Below, in pieces: positions 25,491 to 38,266 of a stretch of DNA of 64,000 bases (positions are counted from its first letter, which is position 1; every line of letters starts with the position of its first letter). The notes beneath the pieces were generated by a model that was given only the letters and a program-made list of their open reading frames with translations, ran no database searches and had not been told where the DNA came from. The stretch comes from Cenococcum geophilum (lineage: Eukaryota): NCBI GenBank assembly GCA_050273025.1, contig CP158635.1, positions 16,492,001 to 16,556,000 on the forward strand. Reading direction: 5' to 3'. Position numbers and translations under genes: made by a program.

Positions 25491-26199
25491 CTTAGGCCTA
25501 AATGATTTAGGAATAGAACTTTCTCCTATAGTACTTTGAGCTGCAAGAACTTTACTTCTAGTAGACTTCGCGATTGGCTTTCCTTCGCAGTGTCGTAATC
25601 TTTGTTAAATATCGTGAGGTTTCCGCCCGTACGATATTGCCAAATTTCGTCAGCAATTGTAGAGACAGTGTTATATTCCTGTTTTGGCGGCAATAACGGG
25701 GGCGTAGTTAAGGGGGAAGCGTACGTCTTTAATTTAATTCTCCTGGCCAACCTAGGCGATTCTCTAGGGCAACTATGGCGATTCTCTAGGGCAACCAAAA
25801 AGGCCCTTGCGTATAGGCACACGCGTTCGCTATAATAGCTCCAATTTATATAAATAAGGGTTTATTTACGCAATTTAAAGTCAAATTGGTGGAGGTTGCG
25901 GCGTTATAGCAAAATAAAATCAGCTCTGCTCGTTATAAAGAAGGCTTGCTTTATAAATCCGCATGTCCTAACTTTGCGCTTTCGGAATTAATAAGAGATT
26001 ATTAAGTGTCGGATAGGGCGATTAAGAATAAGAACTCTGTTGATTAAAGCCGGCTCTAGAAGCTATCTATATACATAAGGTTTAGTCCGCGTGAGCCTAA
26101 TAGGGATCCGAATTGGACGTTAAGCAATGAATAATTATATATAAGGTAGGTATAGGCAATAGAAACAGGTAGTAAGATATAATCAAGGTGGTGAGATAT

Positions 26200-29100
26200 A
26201 GGGTGGTAGTGTTGAATTGAGGTTATAGAGCTAAAACTCTGTGTATTGCTTATTTTCTATATAGGTGGTTAAAGAGATTTTAAGGAACTTTGACCGCCGG
26301 TTAAAGTTGTCTAATTGGGTGCTTGTGGGGATTTAGCGACTCCTATCCCATGAACTCGCAGGTGCCTATTAAGATTTTCCGCTCGTAAAAAGTCTTTAGC
26401 GCATTTTGAGCCCTTAAATTTGGAATTTGGCATATCTAGAGGTATTAGAAAAAAAAAGGTCGTAGTATGAAGCCGAACTTACGAGTCCGTCTATATTGAA
26501 GCATGTCTTGCCTTCTAGCGTAGCTCCTCGAATATATATTATAATTTGCTTGTGGGGCTGGTGTGGACAGTTCCGAAGTGGAAGTGCTATTGCTGTTTAT
26601 AGGAGAGGTCTTTTTCTGCCGTACGGGCAGTGCAAATGGATGACCTCTGTGCATTCCCAAAGAACTATCAGGAGTTGTTGGGAGGGTTTATAGTGGTTCT
26701 ATCTGCCTAGTCTTTATACTTAACTAAGTAAGTAAATTATTAAATATTTCTGAGGACGAAGGGCTAGCCACCTAAAGGATCTTATTCTGAAGTGGTTGAC
26801 GCTTTATTAACTCTGGATGCGCTATATGGCATATCTAAATCTCGCTTTAAATCTCTCCAATATGTTATTTATCTTTGGCATCGATATTAATAGTTTTACA
26901 ATAAGCTGGGATATGTTCCTACTTTGTTTAAGCAGTGATTGAAGTAGTATAAGCTCTGTAGATGAATTATATTAGCATTTAGTAAAAATAGTAGGTGCGG
27001 TAATAATAGTAGATTAAATGAGACTAGATATATTTGATGGAGGTAGGCTATGTTAAAGGCATAGGTAGAGCCACCTTTATTTATAAGTTTATTTATAAGA
27101 ACTGTATCTATGATGTTAATGTCACTTTTAGGGTATGTCTATTGCGTATTAGGGTTGTAGAGATCTGTGGCGTAGCCGGCGGTTGTTCTAAAGGCCTAAT
27201 AGTGCTGTCTATTACCTAATAGTACCTAACCTTTAATGTACGGGTTGTTAGGAGGGGGTATAGAGTGCGCGCACGGATCTAATAACTTATGTCTTATTAA
27301 TGCCCGCTATATATTACTAAGCTAGGGAGAGTTATAGATATACCGGCAATAATGTAATGGGTATTTAAGATATATACGGAAGGCCACGCTGAATTACTCG
27401 TTGTTGGCTAAGAATTGGAATCCCAACTTATTGAACTTTGTGGAGGGGAAGGGATAGAGACATTTAATAAGACATTTAGTTATAAGTTAAGAGACAACTA
27501 AGACAAAGTGTACGTAAATACGATCTGGGTCGATAGACAGTAGTACGATGGTGGTAAGGGAATCCGATCTAGGTCGACACTCTATAGTTAAAATCCTTAA
27601 CTATTTAGACGACTAACAGCAAACACCGCCATTATATTATCCTCCCAGATGCCGCCGTACCACTAGACTATCTCTTTCTTATACAACAAGCGTGTCTCCC
27701 ATTATATTTTACTTTAGAAGCCTGGCAATTAGAACAGGCTCTCTAACTGCGTAAATCTCTATTAGGCGCTTCTAGGAATTCAAGGGCTCTATTTATATGA
27801 GTTTGCAGGTGCTTAGTAAAAGTGTCCGCTCGTGAAAAGTTTTTATTGCATTTTTGGCAGTTATGTTTTGAATTTAATATATCTAGATATATTAGAAATA
27901 AAAAAGAATCGTAACATAAAGCCGAACTTACGAGATCGTCTATGTCGAAGCATGTTTAACCTACTAGCGTAGCTCTTATAATAGATATTACAATTTATTT
28001 GTGGAGCTGGCGTAGACAGGTCCGAAGCAGGAGTGTTGTTGCTGTCCGTAGGAGAGGTCCTTTCCTGCTGTATAAGAGGTATAAATGGATAGCCTTTGTG
28101 CATTTCTAAAGAACTATTAGGAGTTGCTGGGAGGATTTGCTATGGTTCTATCTGCCTGGTTATTGTACCCGACTAGGTAAGTAAATTGCTGAATATTTCT
28201 GAGGATGAAGGGCTAGCTATCTGAAGGGTCTTATTCTAAAGTGGTTAATGCTCTGCTAACTCTAGATACGCTATATAGGACTCCTAAACCTCGCTTTGGG
28301 TCTCTCTAATATATCTATTGTTTGTCTTTAGCATTGGTGTTAACAGATAACCTAAATTAAGAGATTGTTACAGTGTCTCCTCTAAATTAGTAAAAGTTCC
28401 GTATATTAGAGGCTGCCACGCGCTATTATTATCTATTATCTCTACAAGTGCCGAAGCTAAGAAGTCCCACCCTAGATTTATATTGTTATTGCCGGAATCT
28501 TTAATTAAGTAATCCTTAGGGCTGTTATCTATACTTTCTATTCTAGCTAAGTGTATGGAGGTAGACGATTGAGAAAAGGTAGGCGGCATTGGGGCTATTG
28601 GTGCGCGTAGGCAGACCTTAGGATTATTTAGAGTCTAAGATAGATGATTTGCCATCCTATTAATTATTTGGGGAACTCCTATAACAGGCCACGTATTGTA
28701 AGTGCCTGTAATTATGTTACCCTGCAGGCCGAAGTTCGTACTACTAGGCGGCGCTGTTGTCTATGCGTAGGTGTTAGTGGATAGCACTAGATATGCTAGG
28801 AAGGGGATAGATGTACTAAGCTAGCAATAGTATCGGGAGGTTTAATATATACTTAGTCGCCATTATACTTCTCTCTATATTCTTATACGTCTTGCTTTTT
28901 TATATCTTAATATATAGGTGATTAAAGTAGATGAGCTTGAATAATCTCTAACTGTATGTTTAGATAGCTTGGCATATCTAATAATGGAGGGGTAGCTAAC
29001 TGAAGGACTATATCCTGCAATTTTTCAGACTCCTTTGGCTCTAGAATTGACCGCTTAAGGCCCGGAAATATTCCTGGTATACTGAGGCTGTTAATTGTTA

Positions 29101-30740
29101 ATGAAGTCTGCGAATCGCGGCCTGATAGTACTTGCTTTTCATTATATAAGGCTTTAGGAGTAGGTAACTATATGGGTTTACTGAGGGTAGAATAGTCATG
29201 CGGATCTACTAACTTATATGTTATTAATACTGGCCACCTTAGCAAGCGCATAATGGTTATAGATATACCGGCCACAATGGAATTATTACTTGAGGTATAT
29301 TTGTAGGGCTGTACCAAATTATTTGTCGCTAACTGAGAATTAGGATCCCGCCTTATTGGATCCTGTAGAGGCGCTATAGGATAAAACTGGTTCGAATCCT
29401 CAAATTTGATTTACTTAGTGTTAAATTCTACCATTTCTAGGACCGGTACTGTTGTGCACCACCCTTTAAAACCCGAACTATTTGGTTTATTCTAAAAATA
29501 GTTTTGCACAATATAAGTGGCATAGGCTGCCGTATTCCGACACATAACACTAATGCGTTCGCCTAAAATTTCCGTAGCTGCAAGCCCTTCCACCGGTCGT
29601 TTACTGATCGGGGGTGGGTGGGAATCTATATATGGGCCGCTGTGTATGGGATAAATTACAATTTCGTGTTCTGTGCGACTGCTGGCGCACCTAAATGACT
29701 ATGTACATTTTGGATGCCCGTATTTAAAGGCTCTTGTATGCCGGTCTATATACTCTCTTAATACTAAATTAGACAAACTACTAATAAGGGGTAGCTCTAT
29801 ACTTACTCGAACTTTCTCTTATCCGGAGTGGGTCCGTACTTATATTTAGGTCAATATGGGCAGTGAAAGAGACGGTCTGCTCTAGGGGGGATCTGATAGT
29901 AGTGGTGTTGACGTCTTGGTGGCCTATTAGCCGGATTTGTTTGACTTCTTGCCTTAGTCTCAGTTCCCGTATTGGCTTGTTTGGACTGGGGATTTATAGA
30001 ATATTTAGTAATTGTTGTAGAGGATTGTAAATGCCTTCCAATATATAATTGCGCTTGGTTGGTAGGAGAAGGAATGCCGGCCGAAGCTATAAGGGAGGAA
30101 GTAGGGGGCGGGGTAAATGGGAAATCGGGCCCGTATCCTGAATTACGTGTAATTAGAAATTTATACGTATTAGCAAACTAAGGAGGGTTACGGACATACC
30201 TGTAAATAAACCTAGTTGAAAATTGGAACTCGACTCCACCAAATCCAGGTTCGTCTGAAGGGGCGCCGCGATATTATTTGGGGCTAAATCCAGGTTTTGA
30301 GTGTGTTGTCTTATATGGTTTTTTAATTTGTACCTCTTAGTGAATCCGTTGCCTTCTTGGGATTTCTTGCAATTTGAATATGGGCAGAGGTAAGGGTTGC
30401 GGCCGCCGTGCATTCTATAGGCGTTTCTTTTATGGCGATAGAGGTTACTAGAAGTCGACACAGTCTCCTAGCAATCCTTAAATCCGCATTAAACCCCCGG
30501 TATTTAGTTTGGGGTTAAATACGGATTTTGAGAGTGTTTTCTTCTTATATGGTCTCTTAATTTGTTTCGCTTAGTAAATCCGTTACCTTCTTAAGATTTC
30601 TTGCAATGTAAATCTGGGTAGAGGTAAGCGTTGCGGCCGCCGTGCATTCTGTGGGCGTTTCTTTTATGGCGATAGAGGTTATTAGAAGTCGACTTAATCG
30701 TCTTTTGGCAATCCTTAAATCTGCATAAAACTTTCCGCAT
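26200..30740 (-). pseudogene. large multi-C2H2 zinc-finger protein with internal duplications
   Basis: Two 78-aa units, each CxxxxC..H..(H)RMHGGRNxYLCP..C...EGNGFTKR.KL..HIR.H (30290-30740). Further fingers near 29650-29880: LFHCPY...RE(H)MDRHTRAFK(C)GHPKC. 3' limit approximate. Confidence 0.65.
26340..28335. repeat. ~540-bp diverged direct repeat, copies at ~26340-26880 and ~27790-28335
   Basis: Colinear matches at ~1450-bp offset, e.g. AAGCCGAACTTACGAG and AAGTAAATT..TAAATATTTCTGAGGA. Confidence 0.85.
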
Positions 30741-31299
30741 TAGAATTAGTCCTATAAGTGGCTAGCACTAAAGGTATTAACTCGTCCGGAAATCGGGAGA
30801 TATGGATAAATAATTTGCTATATAATGAGATATGTTTTAATCTGAAGGGGAGTGGAAGTTAAGGTTAATATAAGGAAGAACCCGACTAGCTCTCCATAAG
30901 GCATCGTTAGCGTTAAGTAGTTGCGCTAAAGGCTTGTTAGGTATAGGGGGTTATAAAAGAGGCTTGTATTGTCCATCATTAAGGATCTCCCGCAGATCTG
31001 TTGGATGAGGTCCCGACGGAGAGAGACTGACGGAGGGGGAGGAAATGGGCTTGCACCTACCATTTCTTGGGCTATGACCCATGGTATCGGATAAGGGGTA
31101 GATATAGAAGAAGGAATGTTGTATTTAAGTTGGCGTTCGTTGTCTGTGTTATGGTTGGCTACCTGATCGGACGTGTTCACCTGAATTAAGGTGGCTGGCT
31201 GTAAATGTGCATGGTTTACAGCCGCTTGTCTTAAAGTCTGTGGTAGGGTAATTCCCGTGGGGTACGTATTGTATAATGACTGCCTTTAGATTCTCTACT

Positions 31300-34200
31300 G
31301 GATTAATTTTAAGACTACGTGAAGGATTTATATTGCGCTTAGGAACTGTATACTTTAAGAATTTGCTTAATCCCTACAAATTTAGCGCGCTAATAAACTT
31401 ATATGCATAGAACTAAGAAAATTCTACAATAACTATAGAGAAGTAGACTTAAGTTTCTAACCTTTAGTTAGGATGCAGATTGTTAACCGTCTCCTATTGT
31501 CCACCCGCTGATAAGTTATATGCCCGTGAGTGATATTGTAACTTGCCTCTGCTTCTAAGTCCTTAGTTTTTTTAACTAGTCCCCCTAAAGGATGTATCCA
31601 TCCGTCTTAACCTTAAGAATATAAAGATGAGATGTTGACTTAGTATGCATAAATAATAACTAGATAATTGAATACTTATGTAAGCAATATTGTTGAATAC
31701 CGTACTAAGATATAGCCTGACTGGACATTGTTGAGTAACCTCTATCGCAACGTTATTTGCGAAGTCTCTGAACCACTCCTTGCGAGATTGATAATCTTTA
31801 TTCTCTTTAGGTTGCCGCTCCGCCCAGTTTGCAGCCTTTGTTATAAGTATTATAATATATTTGAGATGTAGATCTCCATCGGAACCCTCTCGTAGCGGTT
31901 AGTATTGAAATATTCTTTGGGGAGCGTGAGAATAAGGAGGGAGGTATTATAGATTTTGTTCTTTAGGAGAGTTAATAACAATTGTATGCGGAAATCTAAT
32001 CTACTAGTAGGGTGTACGAATTATGCTTGAAATTTCTATTAATACTGCGCCGGTAACACTACGATCTATTAATAATATGGAGACGAAATCCACTCTCACT
32101 ATCCCTAGTTATATGGTGACGCCCTAAATGCGACCAGTTACAATTTTCCTTTGTTAGGTTTATAGGTTAGGAGTGTATAACGGGGCCGTAGAGTGGCTCG
32201 TATCCTCTGAGTTCCTAAGAGGTAACGAGGGAGATTTGTATGCTCTTTTTGAGCCGAGATTTTGTTCTAGTGTTTTAGCGATGACGGATAAGGAGATGTT
32301 TATGGGCTGTAAGATGTGGAGTCGTTAACGTAAAACCTTATCCGTTTGTCTCCATTTCTGTCAATGTATCTATATACCTGAATAGTAGATTGTTTATAAG
32401 TCGTTTCTGGGCTTAGGTTGCTAGCTGGTTGGCCTGGCCTAAAATAGGATAAAATATATCTGGCCTATACTATAAAAGGTGAGAAGCGAAGGTTAAAGAC
32501 AGATATGAAGTAAAAATTGCCCTATAACTGTTAGTGATTTAAATAAGAGTAGCTAGAAAAAAAGTACCTAGTATATAGCTAAGCTATCCTTTAGAAGTTT
32601 TAGTGGGAGGACTAGGGATATAATAATCGTAACACTTGTGAGAAATAGTGAGATGACTTGTATCTAGCCCTAGATTCTAGCGCCTCTACTTATTAAGCGA
32701 AGTAAATACTTTTAGCATTCCTAGGTTAAGAAGTAGATTAGATAAATTTGCTTTATAACAAGAATGCTATATATTGAGCAGCGTACTCCGGCTTTTATCC
32801 TAAGAGTTCTACTTTAATAAATTCAGTGTTTAGAGTCTAAAGTTAAAACCTTTTATTTACACAAATGCCGAAAATAATGTCAAAGCCACCTCTACTATGG
32901 TAAGAAACGACCATCCGGCTAGAACCCTGTAAGAGATGGCTTGGCCAGACGTTTCTGCTACGCTAGTATTGAGTAATGTGGTAGTTTTTAGGATTTGCGA
33001 ACGATATTAGCTATAGAGAAGGAGGTTAGGCACCGCACTTATAGATAAAAATATTACCATTTCTAGCGCGCAATCTATTACTGCTAGGGAAATATTTTCG
33101 AACTTCTGTCTAGTCTTGTGCTGCTTTTAGGCGATTTCTAAAAATGCAAATGCCGAAACTGTAAAAGTAATGTGTGCCCCGTGAGCAATGACCATAAAAA
33201 CCTTAGTGGAGCTGTAGAAGGGTGTATGTTTCTAAAAAAGGATGTAAATGCTAATACCTATTGCAAGCACGTAAGCTATAGTAGTAGTAATAGTGAAGGA
33301 AAGCACGATTGCGGTAGTATTGAAGGAATAGGTAGAGTCTATTTCAATAAATAAGTCCTGTTAGTCTAAGTGGCGTAGAAATAAGGTAAATAAGACTATA
33401 GTTTACCCAATTACGTTAGAGCAGAGTGCATCTGCAAGGAATATAAGGTAAAGAAAATTGGTGAGGCCTTAAGGCAACGGGGCAATTGTGTGATTAACGT
33501 GCGTCTTTGATCGCCAGGCGTAATTGCTCTATATACTACTAAGCGTCCGTCCTCCCCCTGCCGTGATATTTGATATTGGACACATTTAAGGATTTCTTGA
33601 TAACTGCCCTCCCCTAGAAGCCAACGTCAGCTCCCTGATAAAGGGGTATTGCTATAGCAATTACTTCTTTCTTCTTGGGGAGCGCTCTATGCCGTAAAGC
33701 CGAAGAAAGATTGGGATTTGTTGTATGTTAAGCTGCCGCTAAATTTATATGGGAATGTTAATATGCCCGTAGCTTACAGCTTATAGCCTTTGAATGGCAA
33801 CTCTATTTGTTTCTAGGGATCGTTTGTGAAGGCTATAAAGATGACACCGAGACTCAGGCTAGGCCTGCCCGTGGGATCTCTGATAAAAAAATCGTTGTAG
33901 CTTGGGGGTTTTATGGAGTCTTGTATTGGCTTCCGCCATGAGTTTGTTTCCGGAAGTTTAATAAGGCGTTGAAAATCTAGCCTCTCTATGGTGGTATTAG
34001 TACGTTAGTGCTGTTATTTTTTTTGATTATTTGCGTGAAAAGCGCCTATGTAAGGAGGCTATGAATATTCCTTCCTGTTTGGGAGAAGGGGCTATGTTAT
34101 TGAATTGGATGGTGGCTATAGGTTGTGCTACTGAGAACGCTAATATAGCCATGGCTATATTAGCGCTCTCAGTGGCGCTCTCTAAACGACCTTAAGGTAT

Positions 34201-34300
34201 AAGCTTCCCCCGGATATATCTATTTCCTAGTAACCTTTCTATATTTATACCAACGGCCTTTAACAATAGGCGCTGACCTTAGTAGGCCTGAATTCTAAAA
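31300..34300 (-). pseudogene. polytopic membrane protein, unknown family
   Basis: The de-RIPed frame gives about six hydrophobic stretches at 32450-33350 (e.g. IAYVLAIGISIYILF, GWSFLTIVEVALTLFSAF) between soluble regions. Boundaries approximate. Confidence 0.35.
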
Positions 34301-34499
34301 ATTTACGCATTTATCATTCGATAAGGCTATAAAGAACGAAGAGGTACTTTAGTTAAGTGTCCTTTATATAAATTCGCTAACTCTTCTATAAGTTTAAAGA
34401 TCTTGTTGCTTCCTTAGTCTAGACATTGCCTCCAGAAACAAAGCAGGCTTTAGGATCTCTTGTCTTAAACAATTATTTAGTATCTAATCCTTCTCGAAA

Positions 34500-34770
34500 A
34501 GAATTATAAGCCGCTGAGCTTCTGTCTGATGCTAACGGTCCCTTATTAAACGACAGCTTAATATTAAACCCCTCTTAAAATGGACTACGAATGACTAAGT
34601 TTCCGTTTAATGCTAACGATCCTTTATTAAACGACAGCTTAATATTAAATCCCTCTTAAAATGGATTATAAGTCGCTAAGCTCCCGTCTGGTGCTAACGG
34701 TCCCTTATTAAATAACAGCTTAATATTAAACCCCCCTTAAAGAGAACTACAAATTGTTAAGATTTTAAAA
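34500..34770 (+). repeat. 81-bp tandem repeat x3, in frame
   Basis: GCTAACG unit starts at 34531, 34612 and 34693. Confidence 0.9.
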
Positions 34771-35920
34771 GGTATAAGATTTTAGTGCTTACTAAAAATA
34801 ACGCCAGAGTAGCTCTATATTAACCCTAAAATCTGAAAGCAGTACGTAGGGTAGACCGGTAACTGGACTCTCCTCTTTACTATACCTATAGCCTAGTTAC
34901 AACTATAAGGAAATACTATTGCCTACTCCCAACTATAAAGAGACTTTATTATCCACTTATAACCTTGGGGAGTTATTAGTGCTAGCTTGGGTGCGCTATA
35001 TAATGCTACTGTGCTTATTAAGCAGAATGCTCTTATTGACTCCATCCGCTGGAGATTCCTTATGGTGTTCTATAACGGACTATGTGAAATGGTTAAAGAC
35101 ACGGAAGCACTAGCTGTACTTATCTCTAATAGCACTGGGATCGGGCTTAAGGAGGTGAAGGAAAAAATGGATGGTTGGGTTTTAGATAGTAGAAGGTGGC
35201 GTGCTCTAGCACTATCTCTTAGTTAGGGTTCCTTATTTCTGCTTCTAGAATTAATAAGCAATGATTTATAAGTACCCGAATATCTAGAAAGGTTAAAATA
35301 CTAACAATCTAGATGGCTTCGTCTGCCGCTAAGTGGTTATAACCGCGAGGCGGTAGTTGATAAACTTAAACTTTTGGGTATTGTAGAGAATGCGTAGTCT
35401 AAAAAGGTGGACGACTTGGGCGCAGACAAGCTGAGTGCTGACGAGCTCGGTGTGACGATTAAAGACGGCTTACTAGACCCCTTTAAAGATATTGCCAAAT
35501 CTGTCTACTACTAAATAATAGAGGTAATAAATGCTCTTAAGCGGGGACGGCGCTTAGTTGCGAATAAAAGCTATAGGTCCAAAAAAGCCCGTCGTGATAT
35601 CCCCTCTACCGCTCCGGTAGTTACTCAAGATATAATTTTAGGTGTGGAGATAACTAGACCTAGTGATGAGAGCTACTACCTGGCGGACTACGGCTTAGTA
35701 CTACAACCGGGTCTTACCTAAGAAAGGGAAGATGGTATAAGTGGGCTAACCGTAAACGTATAAGTCTTGGTTACTAGCCGGAGCCCTAATCCAATATAAG
35801 GAATCTTTCCGAAATCTTCCTATGGAGGGAACGACGTAAGACTAGGCGCGATTATCAGCCCTATTAACCCTTACTATAATTTGTATGTAAACTCTCTAGT
35901 CCGTCCTACTGAATACTGGT

Positions 35921-36243
35921 AGGGTGGGCTATATAACTACCTAAACCTACTACTTGCCTAGGATCCTTCTACTCTTTATAAATTTTATAAGGGCGGGCTA
36001 TATAACCACCTAAACCCGCTACCCGCCTAGGATCCTCCTACTCTTTATAAATTCTATAAGGGTAGGCTATATAACCACCTAAACCTGCTACCCGCCTTGG
36101 ATCCTTCTGCTTTTAACGAATTCTATAAGGGCGGGCTATATAACTACCTAAACCCGCTACCCGCCTGGGATCCTTCTACTCTTAATGAACTCTATAAGGG
36201 CGGGCCATATAACTATCTAAACCCCCTACCTGCCTTAGACCCT
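35921..36243 (+). repeat. 69-bp tandem repeat x~4.7, in frame, Pro/Tyr/Gly-rich
   Basis: Unit starts at 35921, 35990, 36059, 36128 and 36197. Confidence 0.92.
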
Positions 36244-38266
36244 TTAAGTCCTATTTATTAAGGTTAATATTGAGGGCTGCCAGATACCGGATTGATGAAT
36301 GGCGCCCTGCCCACCTTTTACGAGAATAGTGGATCAGCAATGAATAGCTATGTTGATTCCTCTTCTACCGCTTTCTCTATAGGGTATAATAATGGCTCTA
36401 ACCCGTAAGCCTTAGCAAATTCTAGCACCCTAGGCGTGATATCTTCCTTAAATTTTAACAGCATTCCGGCTTTCAACTATGTATAACCCTTGCGTTCTCC
36501 TTACCCTTCTATAGTTACCTACGAGATGGTATTTTGACGAAGCTATGTGGATATATGCGCGAGCCCGCCTCCCTTACCTTTAAAGTACTGAAGCATATCC
36601 TCCGGCGCAGCTAGCATATCACCGCTCTTAAGCTAAAAGGGCTGGAAATTTCTTTCCCTTGAGACTTGAAATAGCGGAAACCCGTTATCCCGATCTAAAT
36701 TGCTAAGTGCTAATATTACTATAGCCGTATTCACTGATCCGCGCACGCTGGGGCTAGGTTTTTCTAGTTTTGTGTATACTACCAGGAATGAATTTTTGAG
36801 TGAGAGCTTATTGGAGGTAGTGTTAAGTATAGTAGCGGCGTGTTCTTTAGCTTTCTGGTTCTTATTTATTAGCATAAATTATGTATTATAAATGTCAACA
36901 GTACCTCTAGGTATGTAGAAATAATCTTCTTTATTTTTGGAGGGGTGCCTAGTGTATAGAGAGGCTCTGGAAAGTTGCGCGAGGAATAATATTCGCCCTA
37001 TATTGCTAGTTGTTTACGTAAGCTATTTGTATCTTGGCTCTCCATACTACGGAGTATCTTTGGTGTAGTTATAGTGGTGCCTGTAATAAGTAAGACGCGA
37101 GTGCGGGATGTAGATGTGTTAAACAGCGGGTAATAAAAAGTGATTATAGTGGGGCTGATTTCGGTCTAGGCAGTGCCCCTTAGTATAGGCACGTGATATT
37201 TAGACGTCTTAAGGCTGTTATTTATGCCTATTGCAAACCTTATTCCTGTCGCTCTAACAAGAAACGTTATACCATAAACCCTTTCACCGGCCTCTTTTAT
37301 ATATACTGCTATAACTAATATATAAGTCGCATATTACTTTATAAATAGATGCCTAATATCTCCACGTAGATGCATAGGCGGCGCCCCTTCTCCTTCCCGT
37401 TTACGCATTTCCCGCTAGCGTATATTTTAACAAGACCCTAGATAGTATACTGCACGCGACCTTTGACCGGCCTCCGTTGTGCGTAGCGCCTCTGGATAAT
37501 GAATATGTAGCTATACCGATTCCGCCTACCAATTCTTATTTAATCCTAAAGGTAATACTTGTAGGTAAGCAGCTCTACGACTAGCCTCTCTATTTAGAAT
37601 AGATATGCTAATATCTTGCCCTCCGTAGTTGTATATGCAAATTCTCCCTAAACTTCCCAGTGCCTGGAAACCTCCGCAGATGCATATACGGCTTACTCCC
37701 TTATATTTAGCGCCTCCTAATTTACGCCCTGCTTTAAGATATATTTGTAGCGTCTTCTTATCTTATACCGTCTGGAAATCCCAATTTAAGCCTTAAATAT
37801 CATTCTTAACCTTTATCAATCTTTACTACCCGTAATACTAACACTGGCCCTATATTCTATAAGTGTCTGGAGCATAGCTAGAGGCGAGGCGATATTCGCC
37901 CTGTAGGGGCTTCCCATTATACTAGTTCGTAACCTCTGCATATATGTCTGTGGCACACCCGCCTTTAATTTAGGCTTTAATGCCTCTAAGATAGGCATTT
38001 ACCGGTCTTAGTTACCCGCAGCACTAGTATTAGTGAGGCATTGACACGCCTTTGTCACTACTGTATATATACACCCTAAGCCAGCTTGGCTAATACACAC
38101 CGCAATCTATACCTCGCTATTGGATCTACAACATCAAGCCGATATTTTAGTAGCGACGTCCCAAACCAAAATTTTGCCTTTATTTAGCTTAATACTCTAT
38201 TAGAAAAACCGTTTTTACGCATTTACGTTCAGCATCAAATTAATCTCTATTACACTTTTTGCCCAA

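Larger units (their letters stand above)
34400..36490 (+). pseudogene. hypothetical repeat-containing protein
   Basis: Frame carries both tandem arrays and a globular segment SIRWRFLMVFY...RRWRALALSLS(Q)GSLFLL(P)E. Confidence 0.4.

Noticed and set aside
35921..36243. Regularly spaced repeats suggestive of a CRISPR array
   Set aside because: Eukaryotic context, whole units repeat with no unique spacers, and the period is a multiple of three.
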